Source: Mobula hypostoma (taxonomy: Eukaryota). From it: DNA of 64,000 nucleotides. Made by a program: the position numbers and the translations under genes. The DNA lies in contig NC_086109.1 in NCBI RefSeq assembly GCF_963921235.1, positions 5,706,001-5,770,000 of the forward strand, read 5' to 3'. The notes below the pieces were generated by a model that was not told the DNA's origin, did not search any database, and worked only from the letters and a program-made list of their open reading frames with translations. Positions 23,722-33,835 of this stretch are shown piece by piece. The number at the start of each line of letters is the position of its first letter. The stretch's first letter is position 1.

Positions 23722-23852
23722 ACAAACACGAGAAAATCTGCAACACTCACAACACGCTGGAGAAACTCAGCAGGTCGGGCAGCATCCGCAGAAACGATCA
23801 GTCAACGTTTCGGGCCGGAACCCTTCGTCAGGACTGAAGAGGGAAGGGGCAG
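23722..23852 (-). mobile_element. Penelope-like 3' end (continues at about 24510-24775 after a nested insertion)
   Basis: Terminal motif and hammerhead; the purine-rich UTR resumes at 24520 and reaches the ..MNSPTS-type ORF end near 24770. Confidence 0.8.
23798..23837 (-). ncRNA. Candidate minimal type-I hammerhead ribozyme
   Basis: RNA UCAGUC-CUGACGA-A-GGGU(UCCG)GCCC-GAAAC-GUU^GACUGA: 6-bp stem I, intact CUGANGA/GAAA core, 4-bp stem II, palindromic ACGU stem III. Confidence 0.75.
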
Positions 23853-24508
23853 TTTAGATTAGATTATGAGGACACGCAGTCCTCTTTTATTGTCATTTAG
23901 TAATGCATGCATTAAGAAATGATACAATGTTCCTCCAGAATGATATCACAGAAACACAAGACAAACCAAGACTAAAAAAACTGACAAAAACCACATAATT
24001 ATAACATATGGTTACAACAGTGCAAAGCAATACCGTAATTTGATAAAGAACATGGGCACGGTAAAAAAAAATCTCAGTCTCTTGAAAGTCCCATCATCTC
24101 ACGCAGACGGTAGAAGGGAGAGAAACTCTCTTCCTGCCATGAACCTTCAGCACCGCAAACTTGCCGATGCAACACCCTGGAAGCACCCGACCACAGCCGA
24201 CTCGAGTCCGTCCGAAAACTTCGAGTCTCCGACCAGCCCTCCGACACTGAGCACCATCTCTGCCAAGCGCTTCAACCCCGGCCCCGGCAACAAGCAAAGC
24301 CGAGGATTTGGGGCCTTCCCCTCCGGAGATTCTTGATTGCACAGTAGCGGCAGCAGCGAAGCAGGCATTTCAGAAGTTTCTCCAAATGTTCCTCTGTGCT
24401 TCTCACATCTGTCTCCATCAAATCAGGATTGTGCACGGTACCTACTTAACAGATACAATATTGTTTCGGAGTGGCTGCACGCACTGCGTTGCGTCGCCAT
24501 CTTCTCCT
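23853..24508 (-). mobile_element. ORF-less LINE-derived element with (tctaa)n tail and AAGATGGCG 5' end
   Basis: Inserted in the Penelope fragment; both ends match the mini copy at 56543-56617. Confidence 0.65.
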
Positions 24509-25009
24509 CCCCACCTCCCTATAGAGACCCTATGAAGGTGGGGGGAGGGTGGGAAGGAGAAGGCTGGTAGGTTCCAGGTGAAAAACCAGTAAGGGGAAAG
24601 ATGAAGTGGTGGGGAGGGAAAATGCAGGAAAGGTGAAGGAGGAATAGGTGAAAGCACAATGGGTTGTAGAAGTAGGCGGAAACAGGAGGGAGGTGATAGG
24701 CAGCTTGGGGAGGGGGCATAGGGATGGGGGAAGGGAGGGGGAGGGCATTACCGGAAGTTGGAGAATTCATTGTTAAAATCTGCAGTTGTTGGAAATCAAA
24801 GACAACACACACGAAATACTTGAGCTCAGCAGGATAGGTGACATCTACAGAAAAGAGTAAACAGTCGTTTCTGACCAAGACCTTTCATCAGGACCAAGTT
24901 ACAGCCATTTCAGTGGGCAGCATACTCAAAGTTTAAAGTTTAAAAATAAACATTATCAAAGTACATATATATCCAAAGTTCAAATTAAATTTATTACACA
25001 AGTCACATA

Positions 25010-25492
25010 TACATAGTAGTCATACTTTATTGATCCTGGGGGGTGGGGGAATTAGTTTTTGTTACAGTTGCACCATAAATAATAAATAGTAATAAAACCA
25101 TAAATAGTTAAATAGTAATATGTAAATTATGCCAGGAAATAAGTTCAGGACCAGCCTATTGGCTCAGGGTGTCTGACCCTCCAAGGGAGGAGTTGTAAAG
25201 TTTGATGGCCACAGGCAGGAATGACTTCCTACGACGCTCTGTGTTGCATCTCGGTGGAATGAGTCTCTGGCTGAATGTACTCCTGTGCCCACCCAATACA
25301 TTATGTAGTGGATGGGAGACATTGACCAAGATGACATGCAACTTGGACAGCATCCTCTTTTCAGACACCACCGTGAGAGAGTCCAGTTCCATCCCTACAA
25401 CATCACTGACCTTACGAATGAGTTTGTTGATTCTGTTGGTGTCTGCTACCCTCAGCCTGCTGCCCCAGCACACAACAGCAAACACGACAGCA
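25010..25492 (-). mobile_element. Young Rex1/Babar LINE 3' fragment
   Basis: FAVVCWGSRLRVADTNRINKLIRK..RKSFLPVAIKLYN. Confidence 0.9.
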
Positions 25493-25514
25493 GACATACA
25501 CGACATACAATCCT

Positions 25515-25920
25515 GAGATTCATTTTCTTTCATAGTAGAACAAATAAATACAATAGAATCAACAAAACACCACACACAGAGTGACAACCAACCAATGTGT
25601 AAGAGAAGATCAACTGTGCAATTACATAAAAATAAATAAATAAATAGTAAGTAAATAAATAATACTAAGAACATGGTTCCTTGGAAGTGAGTTTGTAGGT
25701 TGTTGGATCAGTTCAGTGTTGAGGTGAGTGAAGTTGTCCCCTCTGGTTCAACAGCCTGACTGTTGAGGGATAATAACTGTTCCTGAACCTGGTGGTGTGG
25801 GTCCCAAGGCTCCCGTACCTTCTTTCTGATGGCAGCAGTGAGAAGAGAAACTGGCCTGGACTGGATGGTGGGGGGTCCCTGATGATGATGAATACTGCTT
25901 TATTTGTGGCAGCTCCCCTT
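25515..25920 (-). mobile_element. Older Rex1/Babar-like 3' fragment
   Basis: FLFSLLPSERRYGSLGTHTTRFRNSYYPSTVRLLN. Confidence 0.8.
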
Positions 25921-26391
25921 GTAGATTCAGAACTTCTCCTCACAGTTCAACTGTTGATTACAGAGAGATAGAGAAAAACACTTTTCAAAAGTGGAGGTGC
26001 CAGCCGTCTTAAAGCACATAAAGGCAGATACATCCTCAGGGCCTGGCCAAATGTAACGTGGAACATTGTAAACACAGGAGATTCTGTAGATGCTGGAAAT
26101 CCAGAGCAACGCACGCAAATCCACAGATGCTGCCTGACCTGCTGAGTTCCTCCAGCATTTTGCACGTGGAGAGAAACTATTGCTGGCAGGGGAGTCTAGG
26201 ACCAGAGTGAAGGTCAGAAGCCCTTTCTCATGGAAAGGGCAGAGAGACTTGATAATCCCCTCCTGCAATTGGCAGTTGATAAAAGTTCAATTTATAGTTT
26301 TAAATGTGAAGCTGAAGAATTTTTGTAAACCAAAATCAAGGTTCAAAGTAAGTTTGTTATCAAAGTACATGTATATCACCATATACAACCT

Positions 26392-27607
26392 GTGAATGGT
26401 CTGCATCCCAGGGTACTTAAGGAGGTGGTTTTAGAAATCGTGGACACATTGGTAATCATTTTCCAATGTTCTATAGGTTCAGGATCAGTTCCTGTGGATT
26501 GGAGGGTGGCTAATGTTGTCCCTCTCTTCAAGGGAGGAAGAGAGAAAACAGGGAATTATAGACCAGTTAGCCTGACGTCAGCAGTGGGAAAGATACTGGA
26601 GTCAATTATAAAAGATGAAATTACGACACATCTGGATAGCAGTACCAGGATCGGTCCGAGTCAGCATGGATTTACGAAGGGGAAATCGTGCTTGACTAAT
26701 CTTCTAGAATTTTTTGAGGATGTAACTATGAAAATGGACAAGGGAGAGCCAGTGGATGTAGTGTACCTGGACTTTCAGAAAGCCTTTGATAAAGTCCCAC
26801 ATAGGAGATTAGTGGGCAAAATTAGGGCACATGGTATTGGAGGCAGAGTACTGACATGGATTGAAAATTGGCTGGCTGACAGAAAACAAAGAGTAGCGAT
26901 TAATGGGTCCCTTTCGGAATGGCAGGCAGTGACCAGTGGGGTACCGCAGGGTTCAGTGCTGGGACCGCAGCTGTTTACAATATATATTAATGATTTAGAT
27001 GAGGGAATTAAAAGTAACATTAGCAAATTTGCCGATGACACAAAGCTGGGTGGCACACCTGGAGTACTGTGTGCAGTTTTGGTCTCCAAATTTGAGGAAG
27101 GACATTCTTGCTATTGAGGGAGTGCAGCGTAGGTTCACAAGGTTAATTCCCAGGATGGCGGGACTGTCATATGTTGAAAGATTGGAGCAACTGGGCTTGT
27201 ATGCTCTGGAATTTAGAAGGCTGAGAGGGGATCTTATTGAAACATACAAGATTATTAAGGGATTGGACACGCTGGAGGCAGGAAGCATGTTCCCGCTGAT
27301 GGACGAGTCCAGAACCAGAGGACACAGTTTAAGAATAAGGGGTAGGCCATTTAGAACAGAGTTGAGGAAAAACTTTTTCACCCAGAGAGTGGTGGATGTA
27401 TGGAATGCTCTGCCCTAGAAGGCTGTGGAGGCCAAGTCTCGGGATGCTTTCAAGAAAGAGATGGATGGAGCTCTTAAAGATAGTGGAATCAAAGGTTATG
27501 GGGATAAGGCAGGAACTGGATACTGATTGTGGATGATCAGCCATGATCACAGTGAATCGCGGTGCTGGCTCGAAGGGCCAAACAGCCTACTCCTGTTTCC
27601 TATTGTC
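26392..27607 (+). mobile_element. Young CR1 LINE 3' part with an internal deletion at about 27055
   Basis: [10 protein letters not shown]...[10 protein letters not shown] joined directly to HLEYCVQFW; complete 3'UTR. Confidence 0.93.
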
Positions 27608-27789
27608 TCCTTGCGGGAATTCTCAATAAATCCAAGAAACACAATGGAATCAATGAAAGACCGCACCCAACATGACAGACAGACAACACACAAAAGACAA
27701 CAAACTATGCAAATTCAAAAGAAATAAAATGATATGGGAGGATACCGGGGAAAAGTACGTGTCAGTGGTTTATGAAACCTCCCTCCCTT

Positions 27790-27995
27790 TTTAACAAATG
27801 TTTATTCACCAAGAAAACATTGTACAATAAATCAGGTCTTCATAAATTATTTACAGGTTCAAATTAAAATACGGTTACTATTATCTACAATGCATTCAAG
27901 CCCTGAGAGACTGTTCTTGGAAATCCCCCATTGTGCCCACAGAGACTGCACAATGCTTCCCTAGGGACACCGGGGCGCAATGCTTCCCTAGGGAT
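27790..27995 (-). mobile_element. Tx1/L1-like LINE 3' end
   Basis: Minus strand reads like ..RVSL(G/E)KH.VSVGTMGDFQE..GLECIVDNSNRILI*, followed by aataaa and an A-rich tail. Confidence 0.55.
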
Positions 27996-28291
27996 GTAAC
28001 CCCAGAAGAGAGACAGGCAGTCAGCTGGGGCAGAGTCCTTAACTGCCTGCCACCTAGACCCCCAAATGGCCAGCTTGTCCAGATCTTGGAGCAGACTGAC
28101 CAGGAGATCTCCCAGGCGGCCCTTTCCCCTCCAGACTCAATGTCATAGATCAGGAGTGTGAGGCCAGAAATTGAGGAGCACTCTTTTTAGATATTCAAAC
28201 AGGGGGCATCAACCTCACTTTCATTATATGCATGGTAGACCGACTCCTCCTGGTCATAGCAAGGACAAGTGACCGGGCAGTCAGTGAACTG

Positions 28292-28965
28292 TAAACACGA
28301 GGAACTCTACAGATGCTGGAAATTCAAGCAACACACATCAAAGTTGCTGGTGAACGCAGTGGGCCAGGCAGCATCTCTAGGAAGAGGTACAGTCGACGTT
28401 TCAGGCCGAGACCCTTCGTCAGGACTAACTGAAGGAAGAACTAGTAAGAGATTTGAAAGTGGGAGGGGGAGGGGAAGATCCAAAATGATAGGAGAAGACA
28501 GGAGGGGGAGGGATGGAGCCAAGAGCTGGACAGGTGATTGGCAAAAGGGATGAGAGGATCCTGGGACAGGAGGTCCAGGGAGAAAGACAAGGAGGGGGGG
28601 ACCCAGAGGATGGGCAAGGGGTATAGTCAGAGGGACAGAGGGAGAAAAAGGAGAGAGAGAGAGAGAGAGAAGGAATGTGTGTATAAAAATAATTAACGGA
28701 TGGGGTACAAGGGGGAGGTGGGGCATTAACAGAAGTTAGAGAAGTCAATGTTCATGCCACCAGGTTGGAGGCTACCCAGACGGAATATAAGGTGTTGTTC
28801 CTCCAACCTGGTGTGACTTCATCTTTACAGTAGAGGAGGCCGTGGATAGACGTATCAGAATGGGAATGGGACGTGGAATTAAAATGTGTGGCCACTGGGA
28901 GATCCTGCTTTCTCTGGCGGACAGAGCGTAGGTGTTCAGCAAAATGATCTCCCAGTCTGCGTCGG
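28292..28965 (-). mobile_element. Penelope-like retroelement, 5'-truncated: GIY-YIG endonuclease C-terminus + 3'UTR + hammerhead
   Basis: Minus strand 28965->28730 reads RRRLGDHFAEHLRSVRQRKQDLPVATHFNSTSHSHSD..GLLYCKDE..RLEEQHLIFRLGSLQPGGMNIDFSNF; 14-bp TSD cagtcagtgaactg (28278-28291, 28977-28990). Confidence 0.9.
28390..28427 (-). ncRNA. Candidate minimal type-I hammerhead ribozyme
   Basis: RNA UAGUC-CUGACGA-AGG(GUCUCGG)CCU-GAAAC-GUC^GACUG: intact core with the canonical GUC triplet. Confidence 0.75.
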
Positions 28966-29259
28966 AAGATTTGAATCAGTCAGTGAACTGATTCAAATTC
29001 TCTGGCATGGCACAGCTGTGTAACACCTTTCACCCGAGGTCCCCGATGTACAGGGGAAAGACCCCCTACATAAAGAGATGTCCACTGGGGACATCTGAGG
29101 TCTCCTGCCAACTTATTACCACAGGGGTGTTGTTGCACAGTGAATAGTCACTCCTAGACAAGATTCCACAGGCTCATTGCACGATCTCCAATGGGTCAGT
29201 CATATCTTTCAAGGTAGTAAACGCTGCCCATTCTCTGTTTTGCCCCACACCTACGTGTT

Positions 29260-29582
29260 CTAAACACAGGAAATTCTGGAGATGCCTGGAAATCGCCAGT
29301 CCTGGTGAATTGGCTTGGCCCGAAACATCAACCGTTTATTCAGCTCCATAGATGCTGCCTGACCTGCTGAGTTCCTCCACCAGTTTGCGTATCACAAAGA
29401 GAAAATCTGCGGATGCTGGAAATCCGAGCAACACACAGAATGCTGGAGGGACTCAGCAGGTCAGGCAGCATTGATGGAAAAAAGTATGTGTGTGTGCGCG
29501 CGTTGCTCCATTTCCAACATTACAACAAATACAGCACACCACTGAACTGAGAAATTCTCTCCACATGCTGCCTGACCTGCAT
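29260..29582. repeat. Alternating inverted Penelope terminal fragments
   Basis: atgctgcctgacctgctgagttcctcc (about 29353) faces ggagggactcagcaggtcaggcagcat (about 29445-29471); degenerate hammerhead at 29297-29333. Confidence 0.7.
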
Positions 29583-30009
29583 GTGTCTTCCCTCTGTTTG
29601 TTTTTTTTGTTCTATATGGAATAGGTTTGGAGGGATGGGTTCACATGCCAGTTAACGGGAATCAGAATAAGAATCAGTTTTAATATCACTGGCACATATC
29701 CTGAAGCTTGTTAACTTTGCGGCAGCAGTTCAATGCAATACATGATAAATATAGAAAGAAAGCTGAGCTACAGCAGTATACATATGTATATTAAGTTGTT
29801 AAATTAAAGTAAGCAGTGCAAACAGAAATTGTGAAAAAGTAGTGTTGTAGTTTTCATGGTTCAATGCCCATTCAGAAATCAGATGGCAGAGAGGAAGCTA
29901 TATCTGAATCGCTGAGTGTGGAATAGCAGTTCAGCACAGACTCGATGGGCTGAAGGGCCTGTGTGTTGCTGTGCTCTGTGACTCTACAACACTATCGGGT
30001 TCCATGGCA

Positions 30010-30312
30010 GCTGGTGTAGCTGCAACAGCACGCCGCTATTACAGCTCAGGGCGTTCCGGAGCTTGGGGATCAATTCCGGCTCCGTTCTGCTAGGGGCCCC
30101 TGCACACCCACCCTGTGGAACGTGTGGGCTTTCTCCAGCTCCACCGGTTTCCTCCCACAGTCCAAAGACGTACCGGGTAGGTCAATTGGCCATTGGGAAT
30201 GATCCTATGATTAGATTAGGGTTAATCGGGTTTGTCAGGGGTTGCTGGGGTTGGCATGTTCGAAGGGCTGGAAGGACCTCCTCCACACTATACCTTTGTG
30301 TCGGTAAATAAA
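30010..30312 (+). mobile_element. V-SINE
   Basis: ctccaccggtttcctcccacagtccaaagacgtacc V domain; aaataaa tail. Confidence 0.75.
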
Positions 30313-31549
30313 CTATTATTCTACATGGGATGGAGGGCTATGGTCCAGGCAGAGGCTGATGGGACAATGCAGAAGAACAGATTGGCACAGACTAGGTGGG
30401 CTGTTTCTCTGCCGTAGTACTGTGGGACTCCATGACTCTATTGATATGACATTTCTGTTAACTTTCTCCAACCTGCTTGGAGAGTCATTCCATTAACATC
30501 TAAAAACTCTGCCAGTGACGTTGAAAACTAATATTTAAAGGAAATAATATATGTTCAGACACAAGTAATTGCAGTATATGCAATGAACCAAATGTTTCTT
30601 TTTGATCTTTCATTCATCTAAATATATCTCACATTTAAAGTAACACCCATTCTTGACATCCAGTAAGTGATTGACAGTTCCGGTTCATGTATTTCCAGTA
30701 AATGCACACAGCATTCTGAATTTTAAGAGGCTCTTAGGGGTTATATCAAGGCTCGAATCATTTCTACACAGCAAGGACTTGTGAAATCGATACTGTTGGC
30801 CAAAACTGCAGTTTACTACAAAATGTGCATAATTTTCAGAACCACATTGTGTCATGCATCATATTTCATTTCACTAGCCACCCAGTTGTATCTCAGGAAT
30901 ATGAAAATACAATGTAGAGTCACAGACAGTTAACATGGTTTAAGATCTGCACCTGGACCAGAGCCCCCCATGCCTTAGCTGGACTGCAGCCCCCCCGTGC
31001 CCTAGCTATGTAGAATAATAGTCAGAGTCACACAGAACAACAGCATAGGAACAGGCCCTTCAGCCCATCTAATACGTACCAAACTTATTTTGCCTAGTCC
31101 TATTGCCCACACCTGGACTGCCTGATCCTTGTGTTGGTGTGGTCCCACCATTCAGCTCTGCGTCTGTACCCTGCACCTTGGAGCTCTTAACGTCCAGCTT
31201 AAGTGTGAGAAAGATTTCTGCCCTTCACGTCCACCACCCATGTGGACAATGAGTTCCAGGACCCCACAATGATCTCATCTCCCCCCCAATCCCCTACCAA
31301 TGGCTTTAATCCCATATCCCATGATTTTTTTTTGACTACTCTGCTAAAAGAAATATCTCTTCTTGCTCATGCTGACTGAGCTCCCATTATTTTACACACA
31401 GCCCCCCTCAACCTCCGCACATCTGGAAAAAAACAACTCATCCAGGGGTTTGACCACACTGAGGAAATGTTTTGATATTTGGAATCCAGCAGCCTGGATT
31501 AATGATTCTGAAGAAAACTGGGAGTTTAAATTCAGCGGATTGTTCAGAA

Positions 31550-31905
31550 TTGATTGAATTCTCCTGTGGCAATGAAATCCATAGATTCATCATGCTATGT
31601 CTTGAGAAATTCCTCCTTCTCTCTGTTCTAAAGGGATATTCTTCTAATCTGAGGCTGTGCCCCCAGTCCTACACTCACCCACTATATGAAACATCCTCTC
31701 CACATTCACTTTATCCAGTCCTTTGAAATATTCAATGGGTTTAAATGAGAACCTCTCATCTTTCTGAACTCTAGCAAGTACAAACCCAGAACCTGCAAGC
31801 GCTCCTTTACTCTTTCATTCTCAGGATCATTCTCAACTTCCTCTGGACCATCTCCATTGCGGGCACACCCTTCCTTAGATACAGAACCCAAAACTGCTGA
31901 CTATT
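31550..31905 (-). mobile_element. Old CR1 3' fragment
   Basis: ERLQVLGLYLLEFRKMRG remnant. Confidence 0.7.
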
Positions 31906-32078
31906 CATGGGGTAATAGGCACAGAGAGTTCCTTGGCAGTACTACTGAATGTTGCAAAATAACATACAGTATTGCATCGTGCACCACGTTTCATCTCAGT
32001 AGCAAACCAGTTATCTTTCAGGGATATGAAAATACAACATAGAATCACATCTGGTTTATGACCATCTGAACCTTGAGT

Positions 32079-32410
32079 TCTGTTCCCTCTAGCTGCATGG
32101 CTGCGAGATCACAAGTAATCAAAATACTCCCACGCACATAGACTTCATTGCCACACAGCTGGAAATGGACGCAGCTAGAAAAAGTTTATGAAACGTGGAA
32201 GATTTTCTTTATTGTACTGTATTTCTTTTACCCTTCAATCAATAAATCAAATCACAAGTATGTGATGTTTCAATTTTCATTCTAAGTATTCAGTGTGCAT
32301 ATTACAAAAATAACATTTAAAGAGCCGCGCAAGTTTTCAGGCGGTGTAAAAAATTTCCTGCTGAGTAATAGTTGGTCCACACAGCAGTAAAAAAAATTGA
32401 GGGGACAGTT
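32079..32410 (+). mobile_element. hAT-like MITE related to 9980-10959
   Basis: ctgttccctctagctgc ... aaaaattgaggggacag inverted ends. Confidence 0.6.
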
Positions 32411-32489
32411 CCCTTGTGTCAGTGTAGTGATGAAAGCTTAATCCCATCAACCAGCTATATCCTGCACCTGATAAGTCTTCAAGTTCTGT

Positions 32490-32775
32490 TTATTTGTTTG
32501 TTGGTTTATTTGTTTATTTGAGATACAACGTGGTCTTCAAGCCGCGCTGCCAAGCAATCTCCCGATTTAATCCTAGCCTAATCGCTGGACAGTTTACAAT
32601 GACCAATTAACCTACTAATCAGTGGGTCTTTGGACTGTGGGAGGAAACCAGAGCACCTGGAGGAAACCCACATGGTCTCAGGGAGAACGTCCAAACTCCT
32701 TACAGGCAGCGGTGGGAATTGAGCCTGAGCTGCCCGTACTGTAAAGCGTTTTGCTAGCCACTATGCTACCATGCC
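32490..32775 (-). mobile_element. V-SINE
   Basis: tctttggactgtgggaggaaaccagagcacctggaggaaacccac..gggaattgagcc. Confidence 0.85.
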
Positions 32776-33239
32776 ACCTCTTTAAGGGTGACGAAGGTTT
32801 CTGCCTCAGAGGCAATGCCACCCTCTGTAGCGCTGCAGAATTTTGCAAAATATCAAGATCAAAGTTAATACTGGTATCATTATTAATGTGCGCAAGAGTT
32901 CGTAGGAGGGTGACTTCAAAGGAAGTATGTTCCTCGGCTGGGAGAACTCCTACAGGAGTTAAAGGCATTATAGAAAGATTTTGAAGGGTGTTGAGGCCGC
33001 GGAAGTTCATGCCAAGTGTGTGGATGTGTGCAGGGGGCACGTTCAAAACCCGAGTAAGCACCTGATGCACTGGCACTGCTTACAGGGAAAAGGGTCTTTG
33101 GGCAGACTTGTTCACTGTTCTCTTTTCCACCAATGATTACCCACCAGCTGATATTTTCCAGAAACAGTGGACTGTCCTCTGTTATGCTGCCTAGAGATGT
33201 CAGTGTCCACATCTTCCAAAAGAATCAACCAACCAGTTT

Positions 33240-33835
33240 CATAAAACTCCAGTTAGACTACACCTGGAGTGTTGCATACACTTTTTGTCACCCCATTATA
33301 GGAAGGATGTTGTGGCTTTGGAGAGGTTGATAAGGAGGTTTACCAGAATGTTGTCTGGATTAGTGGGCATGTGCTATCATACCCTCTAAACAAACAAGAG
33401 ATTTTTCTGTGGAACTGCAGAGGCACAGGAGAGATCTGATAGAGGTTATAGGATTAAGGGAAGCATAGATAGAGTAGACAGATAGCATCTTTTTCCCAGG
33501 ATTGAAATGTCTAATACCAGAAGGCATGCACTTAAGGTGAGAGGGAGTAATTTCGAAGCTGATGTGAGGGGCAAGTTGTTTTTTTTAATTTTATTTTAAA
33601 AAAAACAGAGTGGTGGGTGCCTGGAATGCGCTTTCTGGGTGGTGATAGGAGCAGATACATTAGGGACTTGAGATGTTTAGATAGGCACATGAATGTGAGG
33701 AAAATGCAAGGATCCGGACAATATGTAGGCAGAAGGGATTCATTTTGCTAGCCATTTGATTACTAATTTAATTGGTTCAGCACAACATTGTAGGCCAAAG
33801 GTCCTCTTCCTGCACTGTACTGTTCTATGTTCTAC
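33240..33835 (+). mobile_element. CR1 LINE 3' fragment
   Basis: Degenerate ORF2 C-terminus and ttctatgttcta tail. Confidence 0.8.

Noticed and set aside
32678..33076. 132-aa minus-strand ORF in partly unique DNA
   Set aside because: No recognisable homology or convincing splice sites, and its 3' part runs into a V-SINE.
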